From assembly GCF_964355755.1 (NCBI RefSeq), contig NC_092676.1:7603888-7667887 (forward strand): a DNA stretch of 64,000 nucleotides. The letters are read 5' to 3'. A model generated the notes under the pieces. The model saw nothing but the letters and a program-made list of their open reading frames with translations. It was not told the origin of the DNA and ran no database searches. Positions 11,076 through 26,000 of this stretch are shown here, piece by piece. Each line of letters begins with the position of its first letter. Within the stretch, counting starts at the first letter, position 1. The translations under genes were made by a program, and so were the position numbers. The stretch comes from Antedon mediterranea. Its lineage: Eukaryota > Animalia > Echinodermata.

Positions 11076-14000
11076 CTGCAAATTCAATCAGATAGCCCTA
11101 TAAATTACTCTATGTAAAGTAAATATAGTGTAAACACTAAAATTAGACTCTTAATTAAGCGTTAAAACACCATGTTTAAGCAAAATATAAATGTATAAAC
11201 AAATATGTTAAAAAACACTATTTATCGCTTTATGCTGATTAGCCAATACTAAAATGTATATAGGAGGAAGTGTCGCTTCTTTCTCACTTGTATTTAATTT
11301 ATGTTGTGTTTTATTGTTTTATGTTTTTATGTAAACGGGTCCTGCGAAAACAGAATTTTAACTTCTGTATGCAGGATTCTTGCCATCGATTATACACTGA
11401 AATTGTAATCATAAACGATGACTAATTTAAATAAATGTGAATTAATTAAAAAATTGAAATTGAATTTTCCACTCAATCGTACGTAGTAGGAGGAACATAA
11501 ATCATTAATACACCCAATTCAATTATGAATTCACGTGATTATTTTAAATAAAAGAGAGGAACTCACGCATTACCATGCGATGGTAAATTCTTTTTGTTTA
11601 TAATGAAATGAATATACTTATTCCCAATAATCAATACAGAAAACATAACGAGTATATTGACAAACGTAGGTTAAACCTGCAACATACTTATATGTTATGT
11701 TGATTCATCATGGTTAGCTGGGTTAATTGATAAAACTCGGACCAATAAACCTGTTTGCCACTAGAGACGCAACACAATGACGTAGTCGCAACGCAAGCGA
11801 ATTGACCAATGATAAGTTAGTGTTCGAATAATACATCGCTTGTGATTGGTCAAATCACTTACGTTGCGTTACGCCTTTGTGTTGCATCTCTAGTGGGAAC
11901 CAAGTGTCATGTAAACGAACATAAAATGTGGTGTCCAAACGGCAGTCCATACTTACGTATCTGAAGTTGTAATAAACATAACCAGAAATAAAGGCACCGT
12001 GTAAACCGAATCCACCGAAGAACAGCATTTGATAAATATCGCCCTCTGACACTTGTACTGATATTGCCCATATTGTCAGAAACAACGGTAAAAATAAAGA
12101 TATGCATATCATAATTCCTCTGTAAAAACAAATCGTTAACAATTGTATACTTAATTAATAATACAAAGGTCATTTGGACTCCAATGACCTCCAATCCAGA
12201 TGGCAACAGTTGAATTGAAGATGGACATTTTTTTCTTTTGATTTACACGTAAAATAGCCCAAGAAGCAATTATTGCTGTATTGAATTGTTTCTTAACAAC
12301 AATAGAACACATTATGGCTTTATAGAGATTGAAGAACAGTTGTGACGAAAATAAGACGGGTTACTACAAAGGATGATGATGACGACAATGATGATGATGA
12401 CTATGCCGATGACGATAATTGATACTTAGGCCTACCTGCATTGCATTACGCAATTTTCTTTTCGTTTCCCACGAAGTTTAGTTTTACAAGTTAGACACAC
12501 TAATGTCAAGATTGTTGACGTCTGCAGATAATTAATAGAAACAAATAAAAATAAATAAAATTCTCAAAAATGTCTGATTCATATCATCAATAAAGCGGTA
12601 AAATTATATTCCTAAACGGTCTTTGGTAAATGAAAATGTGTTTTATTGGAAACGAATTTTTATATTTCGTTTATTTACTATAATAAGACAGCTGATGGAC
12701 ATTCCTTTTTAGGAATTTTTCGTTTGCCAGCGATCTAGGAATAGTTACGCCATTTTGATATTTGTGCAAATTAATATTTTAGGACATTTTAGGTTGGTTT
12801 TGTGGAAGCTGCTATTAGGGAGGTTTCGCAACCTTACGAATACGATAATGAAAACGGATACGTCACGCATTTGTGAAACTTTTGAGCTGATCCCCATTTC
12901 ATATTCGTAAAGCGTATTCGTGTTGACGAATATCACCAGTCATATTCGTAACTACAAAACGAGTATAGTTTTTGATCTATTTTGCACATTTTGCATTTGA
13001 ATCAGGAATGATTCATGATTATAATATAATTATAGATTTATTGAAAGTAATTTACTAAAGTAATTTACTAAAATGCCAGGTCAATTTTGATAAATAGCAG
13101 TTTTTAAAGTCCTCACTCGCATTGATGTTACGCTAGGCCTAGGCAGCCAAGCACCAAGCAACACGTACCTGCGCTTCGCTCAAATTTACCGCAGTCATAT
13201 TTTGGACGGCGCCCTCAATATTTCATTGCCATGCGAAACAGATTTTTACTGGCTTACGAAAACAAATACGTGCGCGTGACGTATCCGTTTTCGTTATCGT
13301 ATTCGTAAGATTGCGAAACCTCTCTATTGTTAATTTCCTGGTGATTTTTGTTCTCTTTTTGTTTTGTATGATTATAATATGGAAGCACTATCCAAAATAA
13401 AGGAAATGAAATGAATGAATATTGATTGAAACTTTTGGCGGATTTTAAATACAAATCAAAAACTTCTCAACTTACAAGTAAGATAAGAAGAGTGGGCGTT
13501 GCAAATGCTGCAATGACACCCATTTCCATGTCTGTCCAGCACCTTGAAAACAAAAACGAGTTAAAACAGTTAGGCCTACTTCAACATGATAGTAACATCA
13601 TCTATTTTAATCATATATTTCACAAAAGCACCAAAGAGAATAAACTATCATCGTGATCTTATTATCTTTTTAGAGTAATCTTGTTTTTAGCCGCGTGGAC
13701 GCGACTCTATAGTTCACTATGTCGGTCGGTCGGTCGGTCTGTCGGTCTGTCTGTCGGTCCGGTATCACTATGCGTTTTAGCACGCGACTTATGGCTGTTG
13801 GCCTTGTTAATCATAAATTCCACAAAATGCATTAAAATTAATAGTGATTTTGAAATTGACATACAGTATTGTCGTCATTAGGGAGCTTTCGATTTCCGAC
13901 AACTCATGACCTAACTACGTCATGTTAATTCATTGTGCGCATGCGGGGGTAATTGTGACGTAATTTCTCACTACCCCACATTGACAGTTTCAATGGTTTC

Positions 14001-17000
14001 TAGGTTCAGGCGACGACCGACGACACATCGATTGACCTGACGTACAGTAGGTAGATGGTCGTAAATCGATAGTTCTCTAATATCATATTCGTGACGATGC
14101 TGTTCTGATATGGATCACAATTATTATTATTATTATTTGTTGCATTTTGTTTTGTTTTTAGGAGCATATTTTTAACAAGCTGTGATTTATCTTAGGTTCC
14201 TCCAATCTCATTTTGTTGAAGTAACGTCAAATGAAATCGAAAGTTTCCAAAACGATAAGGATCAACGACTCACCCTTCTGAATCTTCGTATCCGCGGTAC
14301 GTTCCAAAGAACAAAAATGTGAAGAAGCCTGACACGCCCCATGCTAGAGCAAAATGATACTTTGCTGCGTTTTTACCCTTCATATTATACAGTTTAGTGA
14401 ACAAGTTAAACACATCGACAAATATCCACATCACCATTGCTATGTACAAATACTGCAATATTACTCCTACTACAATACAGGTAATCTGAAACGTCAAATA
14501 ATATTTTAAAATGTTTTAAAATGTGTTTAATCTAATATGAACATATTCAATCATTGATGATTAATTTGAATTGTCTTTGCTTATACAGTACTGTATCAAT
14601 TTAAATTTATCGTGCCCAAATATGGTAGTGATATGACCAAATATGGTAGTGATATGACCAAATATGTTAGTGATATGTCCATAATGGGCACATAAAATGT
14701 TTTGTCACATAAAGTTTGATAGTGTAGACAAAGCTTTAGACAAATGTTACTGGCGCATACGCAACTACCCTCGAACGCTAGAAAGAAGTCATCTTTGTTT
14801 TATGAAAGATATATTTGCTACTGCAAATTTGCTTATTTAGCATGGAACAAACTGTATCATTAATTAGTGTACAATATAAACAAAAACACACGTTTTTTTA
14901 AAGTTAAGTCCAGTTTCCTCTCTCATAAAATCATGATTTTTGTCTTTAAAAAATACTTACATTGTCATCACTTAACTCCAGAGTGCATACGTACAAAAGC
15001 ATCATCAACAGCGCGCTAATGATAAGATTTGCCATCACGAAAACTCGCTCCGCGTCGAATGGAAGTTTATGTTTTTGTCTGTTAAGTTAAAAATATACAT
15101 TATAACAGTTATTGCAAGAGATAATCAAGCAATCGTCTACGCATTTTATATCAAGGATTACTATATTATATTTCAAAGCTGGAAATGAAGCTTTGAACAG
15201 GCAGCGCTTGTTCAATTTGGATTGTGAATCTTGTACACCTAGGCCTAAGTCACCTCATAATTAATCATCCACGTTTGATATGTACGTCGTTATAAACAGC
15301 CTGCTTGTAATAGTTAGGCCGAGCGAGCAAAATAGTCTAAGTCCTAGCCCTAGTATGTGAGAAATGTGTATTATTATATGTGTTGTGTTTGGAGATGGTA
15401 TGGTCGGGGTGACATAGTTATACTTACAGCCGCAACATTATGATTGCAACCACAATCAGCGACACGATTGATGCAATTCCCGTACAATAGGTTACTACAC
15501 GTACCATGATTGCGAATAACTCATTATCCTGTAAAAGTGATTAGATAACAAGAATGACGTCACAACTAAAATAACTAACATATTAAAGATATAAAAAAAA
15601 CATGAAAAATAAAGATTAATAAAATCATACTTTGAATAGTTTTGTAATTTAGAAAAAAATAATCACTTCCGTTGGAAAAAAACGGAAACAAAATAATGTT
15701 TTCACTTATAAAATGACAAAATAAGTGGTTAAATTCAACCAAAAACCCATTATTTGGCAGTAAAATTTTTTGCTTTAAATTACAGTTTGTTAGGTAAATA
15801 ATTTGTTTTCGGTCCAATGTTTGGTCAAAGTGGATAACTGTTAGGTGACATTAAAATGGCATATTAAAAAAATGTAAGTATTATTTTTTCAGGGGGACAA
15901 TGCATCTTCAACAAGTAAAATAATTAATCCAATTGATATAACTCTCACTCACTATTGAACGCCATGAGTACAGTAACAAAAAGGACAGTTCTTGATTTAA
16001 CCTATCTTATTAAGTTCGTCAAAATTATAAAAACAAAACTACAGAGTTTCCTTTACTTACATCTTCTAGTTCAGTAGGTAAAAGAATACCAAATATACTG
16101 GTGTGCGAACAGTGACATTCGACGAGTTCTGAAAGCCCGCTAGAAACAAGTCGACAACCGTCTTCACTCCATCTTCTGTGTAACATAAATTATCGTTTCT
16201 CAATACGCACAATGCAATTCATATATACAACATGTTTACTTAGTAAGTACATGCATTATCATAATACGTATCTGTTTATTATACTATAGATTTAATGAGT
16301 ACAACCATACATTTCCAATTCTCAGCTGCATTGTGTCTGTTTTATGTTTGGTCTTTTCGTATTGATTTCTTTGCTAATTCTATAGACTTTCTACGTTTAT
16401 TTCAGTTGGTTATATTATCAGCAAAAACGTATTATTAATCTCATCTTAATTTCAGTAGCGATCGATATGATATTCTTGATTGGCGAGATCGTGGGAGACG
16501 TCTCATGTTTAAAAAAAACCCTATATATCCTAACGCGCGCATTAAATATGATGAAATCGACAGCATATGAAATTAACTTCATTAACAAACAAACAAGGCC
16601 AACAGCCATTAAGTCGCGTGCTACAATGCATAGTGATACCGGACCGACATACAGACCGATAGACCGACAGACAGACCGACAGACAGACCGACAGACCGAC
16701 AGACCGACAGACCGACAGACAGACAGACCGACCGACATAGTGAACTATACTGACCGAAATTACTGAACATGTTTAAAAATGTTGAAATGTTTAAAAACAT
16801 TTATATTTTTTTAATTTACACGTGCGTAGCCTGTCACTTTCGACGTGCTCGTATAACGTAATTTCGAGTTGAAAAGTAAGTCAAGAAAACAGAAATCGGG
16901 CAAAAAGAGTGCGTAATAACATTTAACGCGCAGTGCGCGCGCAAAAATATGCGCACTCATGGCAATTTTGTAAACGCTTAAAATTGCCTGAAATGTACTC

Positions 17001-20000
17001 TTATTTCATCGAAAATAAATTTTGAAAATTTTAAGCGCGCGTACGCATGCGTTACATGCGCTACGCACGTAATTGTATTGCCATATGATGATTTATGCCC
17101 TGAAATTTATGAGTACCAAATTTTATTTAATTGTGATTCATGGTTGTGAAGATATGATTACAAACGTGATTTCGTTAAATCGTGCGTAGACCGCGTAATT
17201 TTTTATTGCGCACCGTGAAAACATAACCACATTGATTCCTGACCATAAGGAATATACTGTGAAAAATTGACCTAGCTAGATTAAACTGATATCAAGATAA
17301 GGTCAGAAAGCGATAAAACGCATAGTGATACCGGACCGACAGACAGACCGACAGACAGACCGACCGACCGACATAGTGAACTATAGAGTCGCTTCCACGC
17401 GACTAAAAACGGGCTTTATAATAACAAGTATCGTGATGATCTAAATACAATAGAATTCCCGTCATTTCCTCTTTTACCAGTTTTATCGAGTCGAGTGGCC
17501 AAGCGGTATAAAGACAGGGGTGCCGCAAACCATGTAGCTATACAATCAGCAATCATACAATCAAGCCACTCCTTGACCATTGTTCTGATGGTCATCTCGG
17601 ACTTACAACTTGAGGTCCAGTGTACACATTTGGCTTGTTCATCTTTCGGAATAGGGGGTTATATGGACAGACGAACGGGCGCCGTTTGGTGCACAGCAAA
17701 ATTTGAAATTCTAAGCAAGAAAAAAAAATCTTGTTTTAAGAAAAAATTCTTAAAATAAGTATTTTTTTTCTTGTCAAGATTTAAAATTACTTAAAACAAG
17801 AAATAATTTTCTAGAAAAGACACATTTTCTTAAATTAAGTTTTGCAATATTCTTGAAAATGCTTATTACAAGAAATATTTTACTTAAAATAAGAAGTCAA
17901 TATCATTCTCTTCTTATTAAGAATAGTTTTGCTTAAAACAAGATTTGAAAATACTTAATTTGAAAAGTATTTTACTTAAAATAAGAAATCTATATTATAT
18001 TTATCCCTATCAAGAATAATTTTTCTTAAATCAAGATTGATGAATTATATAAATTACTTAAAACAATCAATATTTTTCTAGGTAAGACAAAGTTTCTTAA
18101 ATTAGGTTTCGCAATAGTCTTGAAAATACTTGTTTTGAGAAATATTTTACTTAAAATAAGAAGTCAATTTCACACTACCCTTATCAAGATTATTTTTACT
18201 TGAATCAAGATTCGCAATATTCTTGAAAATGCTTATTACAAGAAATATTTTACTTAAAATAAGAAGTCAATATCATTCTCTTCTTATTAAGAATAGTTTT
18301 GCTTAAAACAAGATTTGAAAATACTTAATTTGAAAAGTATTTTACTTAAAATAAGAAATCAATATTATATTTATCCCTATCAAGAATAATTTTTCTTAAA
18401 TCAAGATTGATGAATTCTAAAAATTACTTAAAACAATAAATATTTTTCTAGGTAAGACAAAGTTTCTTAAATTAGGTTTCGCAATATTCTTAAAAATACT
18501 TATTTTGAGAAATGTTTTACTTAAAATAAGAAGTCAATATCATACTATCTTATCAAGACTATTTTTGCTTAAATTGAGATTCGCAATATTTTTAAAAATA
18601 CTTATTTTGAGAAATGTTTTACTTAAAATAAGAAGTCAATATCATACTATCTTATCAAGACTATTTTTACTTGAATCAAGATTCGCAATATTCTTAAAAA
18701 TACTTATTTCGAGAAATGTTTTACTTAAAATAAGAAGTCAATATCATACTATCTTATCAAGACTATTTTTGCTTAAATTGAGATTCGCAATATTTAAAAA
18801 AATACTTATTTTGAAAAATGTTTTACTTAAAATAAGAAGTCAATATCATACTATCCTATCAAGACTATTTTTGCTTGAATTCAGATTCGCAATATTCTGA
18901 TTTTGAGAAATGTTTTACTTAAAATAAGAAGTCAATATCATACTATCTTATCAAGACTATTTTTACTTGAATCAAGATTCGCAATATTCTTTAAAATACT
19001 TATTTTGAGAAATGTTTTACTTAAAATAAGAAGTCAATATCATACTATCTTATCAAGACTATTTTTACTTGAATCAAGATTCGCAATATTCTTAAAAATA
19101 CTTATTTCGAGAAATGTTTTACTTAAAATAAGAAGTCAATATCATACTATCTTATCAAGACTATTTTTGCTTAAATTGAGATTCGCAATATTTAAAAAAA
19201 TACTTATTTTGAAAAATGTTTTACTTAAAATAAGAAGTCAATATCATACTATCCTATCAAGACTATTTTTGCTTGAATTCAGATTCGCAATATTCTGATT
19301 TTGAGAAATGTTTTACTTAAAATAAGAAGTCAATATCATACTATCTTATCAAGACTATTTTTACTTGAATCAAGATTCGCAATATTCTTTAAAATACTTA
19401 TTTTGAGAAATGTTTTACTTAAAATAAGAAGTCAATATCATACTATCTTATCAAGACTATTTCTGCTTAAATTGAGATTCGCAATAATTTAAAAAATACT
19501 TTTTTTGAGAAATGTTTTACTTAAGATAAGAAGTCAATATCATACTATATCCTATCAAGACTATTTTTGCTTGAATTGAAGTCAATTCTATTTTAATATT
19601 CTGAAAAATACTTATTTTGAGAAATATTTTACTTAAAATAGATTGTCATCCTTATATTCACACAACGGTAGAGCAGTTAGCACTTCAGTTTCAACTGATG
19701 AAAGAATCTGGGTAATCAAACTGTTTGTGCTTTGAATAATCGATTGCACTGCAACCTAAAGAAAATAATATTGATTTAATATTTTTTATATTCAAGTTTT
19801 AATATGTTTAAAAACTAAGTTGTGCTTTAGTTGGGGAGCTATGCAGCCTAACAAAAAAAATGTTATTTGTAACAATGAAATTGGTCACAAAAAAATGCAA
19901 CATAAACTTAGAGTGTATAATGCCTAGGCCTAGGCCTAGTACCCAAGTCCTATAGTTACTATAGCTAATAGTCCTGTATAATAACAGTACCAGCAAGGCC

Positions 20001-23000
20001 TAGGAAATAGACGTATTTCTCTAATAAAAAATAGTTTAAAATGCATAATTGTTGTAATTTTAAAGCAAAATGGCTTACCTGTGGAATCTTGTTTCTCTCC
20101 TTTAATTTTAGTAGAAAGAAATCAGCATTTTTTATACTATTATCTGCTTGTTCATCCTCTAGTTAGTAGGCCTTCTTGCTGAGCATCAACAAGATAATTA
20201 ATATTAAACAATCATTAACAACAGTATAACAATACTAGAATTATCACTACTACTATCGTCAGTTGATAAATCATCCCCGTTATAATAGTTTTTTTCTTCA
20301 TTAACTTCGTCAGTCTCCTAGTCTAGGCCTAGTTCTACTTCATCCTCAATTGGCATCCTCGTTTTCTCCAGGCATACTTATATACTGATGTTTCCATCAT
20401 CAACTGCAGGAGGTTGCCGATTGTTATACTCGTCCTTAAAATGGCGTTTTATGACATGCTTGTAAAACGAATTGTAAATTCCAAAGCTTGCCGAGCAGCG
20501 AACCACCAATTCCACATGTTACTCGAAAATTCGGAGTATTTCCATGAATTGAATTATAATGCCTTAGCAAATAGGGTAGCAAATACTGTACCTACTTCAG
20601 TTTACTGGCACCAACTTATCGCTTTTTTTCGGACTGCAACAAACATGTGTCATTATTATTGTCTGTCGTATTACTGTTGGTCCAGACGTTTTATAGATTT
20701 GCTTTAACCACCATGGAGGTTTATACCTCCATGCTTTAACGTTGAGCAGTATAATGACCTTATACATTCTGGGTAAAAGGCCAGCGATAAATTTTTGGTT
20801 ATAGTTGAAAAACAACACTGTGTGTGGTCGATGACCTAGCTCCCGGCGGGATCATGGCCAACGGTTTTTTAAAGTAATCATTCAAAATCTAGAGTTTGTA
20901 AGTAAAAGACACCTTTCATCGCAATTTATATATTAAATGCTTCAATAGGCCTAGTAAGATTAGTCTAATATAATGTCGAAGGAAGACGCTTTGTTGAAGA
21001 TCCGAGAAATAGATGAAGAGTGGCCAACATTTTAACAGGTTCGTAGGCCTAATAATTATATTTTAATCTGCCAGCAGTCTAGGCCTAGCCTAGGCTCCTT
21101 CCTAGTTAGTAATACTGTAGGCCTGGAACTAGTAGGTCTAGGCTAGCCTACTATGCCTGTACTGACGGACAGGTGTATAGGTTTAGCTTAGCATTTTAGT
21201 TCAGACATTGACAGAGGGGACAAATATTGTCGGACCTATTTCAGCTAGGTATAAGGAAGGCCTAATATAGATAATACAATTATAATGTAACAGTTATTTT
21301 GCAATGTAGCCATGAAATATCTACGAAGGATTATATTATATACACATATTCCAATGAGAAATATAATGACATTTAAAAACACTTCTTTATATTTAATTAA
21401 TTGTACACACTAAGTAATCCCCGAAGTGATCACATCGATATTGAAACTTAATGTTTTTAACTCTAAATTTTTAAAAAAACATACTAAAAAAACAAACAAA
21501 AAACATACGTACTGTACTGCATAACTAAAATTGTTATATTAAATTTCTTTTTTTATCTTAAATTATTTGTTAGGTAATTGAAGAAGTTCGAAGGATACTA
21601 ATTATTACTAGGCAAAGAGGAATGAAATACAAAAGAAAGCTTTTTAAAAAAGTGCTTAGCAAATTTTTCCAAAGAAGAGAATAATATAGTTTATTTTGGT
21701 ATTTTAAAGAGAAACACCAGTCCTCCATCTGGTAAGTACAGTGTATGTTTTTGTACTTTTATCTATTCATAAATATTTTTATAATGGACCAATGGTAGTG
21801 AGGAAAATACGTGTACATATTGTGTACGTATTTTTAACAGCTTGGTTCGACTCAAGCTAGTGTCATGCACTCCTCCCTTTGACAACTAAAATTAAATAAA
21901 TGACTTATGAATATGAATTTTTGACATATTAATGCTCTCCTGGCCAGCCCACCCTTTCCCCTTCCTTTTACATTGACCACCTACAAAACTGTAGGCTACA
22001 TTATTAAAAATTTGAGCTACAGTATATCAAGTTTATGTCCATACATTATTCCACTCATTTAAATAAATTTATATAATACAGTATAATGTTTTCAATTTGT
22101 TATTTTTGGTTAGGTTCAAAGATAACCCATATGTTGTCAAATCTGTCAAACATATTTGTTGGGAAAAACTCATCAAAAAAAGTCTGCCGACCTTGAAGGT
22201 ATTTAGTGTTTTTTAAAATTTAAAATACAAGTAACATTATGTACATTAAAAAAAAATATCTTAAAGTGTTTTTTTAAAATCAAATTTATCTTAGCTTAAA
22301 ATTCGAGGTATATACTATGTTTACAATAATTTATTAAAATCAAACAATTAAACAAAATTTACATTTAATTGTATGATTGTTATTATAAACATTGATACAG
22401 AATAAAAACATCAATCAGGATTGAGCACCGTTTTGCGTATTGTCTTCCTAAATAGTAATATTAAAAATAAATTTAGACCCTAATAATTTAACTAAAAATA
22501 ATAGATACAGCCAGGCCTGTCTTTGGGATCGGTATAAACAGGGCAAAGTTTGTGATTAAAAAGTTCAAATGCATAATCCACCCACCCTTATGTCTTATAA
22601 TGTAAAATTATTCTTACCACCGTTCTAATATTGCGTCATGTTTTTGTGTTTACCGCCCCAGATATAGGACTCTAAAACCACACCGTTATGATGTTACACA
22701 TATTTTAAATACAGTAATAACTAAAACTATATTAATCTCTTTTCATTTTTAGGAACATGAATAAAGATCCAGAATCCTGGTCTTCACGCCGATCAGGTAA
22801 TATGCCGGTATTGCTTTTGGACACAGAAATGGCCTACATTAAAGTTTAGCAAACAATTCTAACTACAAAGAAAGCAAAATTAGATGAGGCTCTAGTTACT
22901 CTCCTCTCCACTTTTTACCTTCTGGATTTCGATTATCCAAAATGAAAAGAAGTAGGCCTCACTATCCTTTAACAGTTAGTGATTTGTGATGAAAACACAC

Positions 23001-26000
23001 CTGTACACTTGACAAAGGCTGTTGAATCATCATTAGTATACATTAATAAATTTAAAGACACCTAATAGTTTAAAGCCCAGGTGCGGGGGAAGAATTTTAC
23101 GAAATTTGTATTTTACCATTTTAATGTTTTTAAGTTTTCTTTTGATGGCATTTTATTATTAATAAAAACAAGTTTGTTTTAAAGAAGTTGTATATATTAT
23201 TGTACCTAATGTCATGTAAATTGTAGTTCTTAATGAAAATAACAGTATTGTTAATATTATGTTTTATAACATTCTTGAATTTATTTGTTTAAGTAAAATA
23301 TTACTTAAAATGAGTATTCATTTATTGTTCTTAAAATAAATTTTTAGTGATTTATATTTTATAGAATTCTTGTTTCAAGCAATTTTTTTCCCAATATAAG
23401 TAAGAATTTACGAATTTTAATTTGATAGAATTCTTGTTTCAAGCAATACTTTTCTTAAAATAAGTAAACATTTACTGGTTTTTATTTGATAGACTTCTTG
23501 TTTACTTATTTTAAAAAAAGTTTTGCTTGAAACAAGAATTCTACAAATAAAAATCGGAATATTCTTACTTATTTTACGAAATATATTGCTTGAAACAAGA
23601 AAACTAAAAATATAAATCGGAATATTCTTACTTAGGCTATTTTAAGAAAAATATTGCTTAAAACAAGAATTCTAAAAAATACAAACCGGAATATTCTTAC
23701 TTATTTTAAGAAAAATATTGCTTGAAACAAGAATTCTACAAATAAAAATCGGAATATTCTTACTTATTTTAAGAAATATATTGCTTGAAACAAGAATTCG
23801 AAAAATACAAATCGGAATATTCTTACTTATTTTAAGAAAAATATTGCTTGAAACAAGAATTCAAAAAATACAAATCGGAATATTCTTACTTATTTTAAGA
23901 AAAATATTGCTTGAAACAAGAATTCAAAAAATACAAATCGGATTATTCTTACTTATTTTAAGAAATATATTGCTTGAAACAAGAATATTAAAATTAAAAA
24001 TCGGAATATTCTTACTTATTTTAAGAAAAATATTGCTTAAAACAAGAATTCTAAAAAATACAAATCGGAATATTCTTACTTATTTTAAGAAAAATATTGC
24101 TTGAAACAAGAATTCTACAAATAAAAATCGGAATATTCTTACTTATTTTAAGAAATATTTTGCTTGAAACAAGAATTCAAAAAATACAAATCGGAATATT
24201 CTTACTTATTTTAAGAAAAAAATTGCTTGAAACAAGAATTCAAAAAATACAAATCGGAATATTCTTACTTATTTTAAGAAAAATATTGCTTGAAACAAGA
24301 ATTCAAAAAATACAAATCGGAATATTCTTACTTATTTTAAGAAAAATATTGCTTGAAACAAGAATTCAAAAAATAAAAATCGGAATATTCTTACTTATTT
24401 TAAGAAATATCTTGCTTGAAACAAGAATTCAAAAAAATACAAATCGGAATATTCTTACTTATTTTAAGAAATATATTGCTTGAAACAAGAATTCTATAAA
24501 ATACAAATCGGAATATTCTTACTTATTTTAAGAAATATCTTGCTTGAAACAAGAATTCAAAAAAATACAAATCGGAATATTCTTACTTATTTTAAGAAAT
24601 ATATTGCTTGAAACAAGAATTCTATAAAATACAAATCGGAATATTCTTACTTATTTTAAGAAATATATTGCTTGAAACAAGAATTCAAAAAAATACAAAT
24701 CGGAATATTCTTACTTATTTTAAGAAAAATATTGCTTGAAACAAGAATTCTATTTTAAAAAATCGATAAATTGTTACTTATTTTAAGGCAGATACTGCTT
24801 AAAACAAGAATGAAAAAAGCAATTAAATTCTTGGTAAGAATATTGTTCTTAAAGTATTATTTCTTGGTAAGAATAATTTTCTTGATAAGAATTTGTGTGA
24901 TTCTTGTTAAGAATTTTACGATTCTTGGTAAGCCAAAAAGTATTGAAATACGGACAAGTCAAAATTTACTTGTTTCAAGAAATATTTTGCTTGAAACAAG
25001 TTTTTTTTTTCTTAAAACAAGAATCAGAATTTTGCTGTGTGGCAGTACTCGACACGAAGGAACCCTTATGGGAAAAAAGTTATTGCATTTGCCCACACGT
25101 GTCCGCACTTCAGCCCAGTTAGGCTGTAAGCAGGTTATTTAATTATGGTTATGGTTATTCGCCATTTATTTGCATTTACAATATTAGGTCTATGTGATAT
25201 GTCGGAGAAACGAAATTACGTTTTATTGATAATATGTTGATCTGTCATTGATGAAGTAATGTCGCAAATAAGTTCAAGCTCCTATCACGTGTAGTGTAAT
25301 TAAGTTTATTGATTAAATAAATATAACCTACTCTGTTTTTTCGTTCCAGGATACACAAATAGCTCTTTCCACCAGTTTAATCAATTCATCCTAACAAACA
25401 ATGGTATAAAAATAGACTAATAATATTATATATAATATAATAATTATTTTTCAAATAAATAAAAGGTGTAATTCAAAATTTGGTTCCCGCAAGGACGTAC
25501 GTACGCAACGCAAGCGCGCGAGTCGACAGATGACAAACGCCAGTTCGAATAATCCATCACTTGTGATTGGTCAAATCACTTAAGTTGCGCTTAAGTCCTT
25601 GTGTCACGTCTCTAGTGGGAACCAATTCTATAGCAAGCAATACGTTTGTAATAATACCCACCATTACATCTACTACCATAGCGAACTCTACTTCCGTTGA
25701 GTATCTTTTCGTATTACCCATCAGCTTACACACCAACACTCCACTTTGTAATTGATATTCTGTCGTGTCGCCGCTAAAAAACATTTTTTTTTAATGTCAC
25801 TATATGCTTAATAAATAATTATGATCTTATGGGGCTTAAGGATGATATTAAGGAACAATCTTCTTATATATTGTGACAGGTCTAATATTCGTTATTGTAA
25901 AGATTGGTATTAATTTCTTGAAATACATTGTAGATTTTATTATCAAAAGGCACTTTCAATGCTACTGATACTGATAAGTCTAACTAGTACTTCCAGTAAA

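Larger units (their letters stand above)
17692..25039. mobile_element. CACTA/EnSpm-type (CMC) DNA transposon, non-autonomous or decayed, 7,348 bp
   Basis: Terminal inverted repeats CACAGCAAAATT (17692) and AATTTTGCTGTG (25039), with a 2-bp TG duplication on both sides. Long repetitive subterminal arms. No intact transposase seen. Confidence 0.82.

Noticed and set aside
18505-24483. Repetitive Leu/Ile/Lys-rich ORFs
   Set aside because: Translations of the CACTA subterminal arrays.
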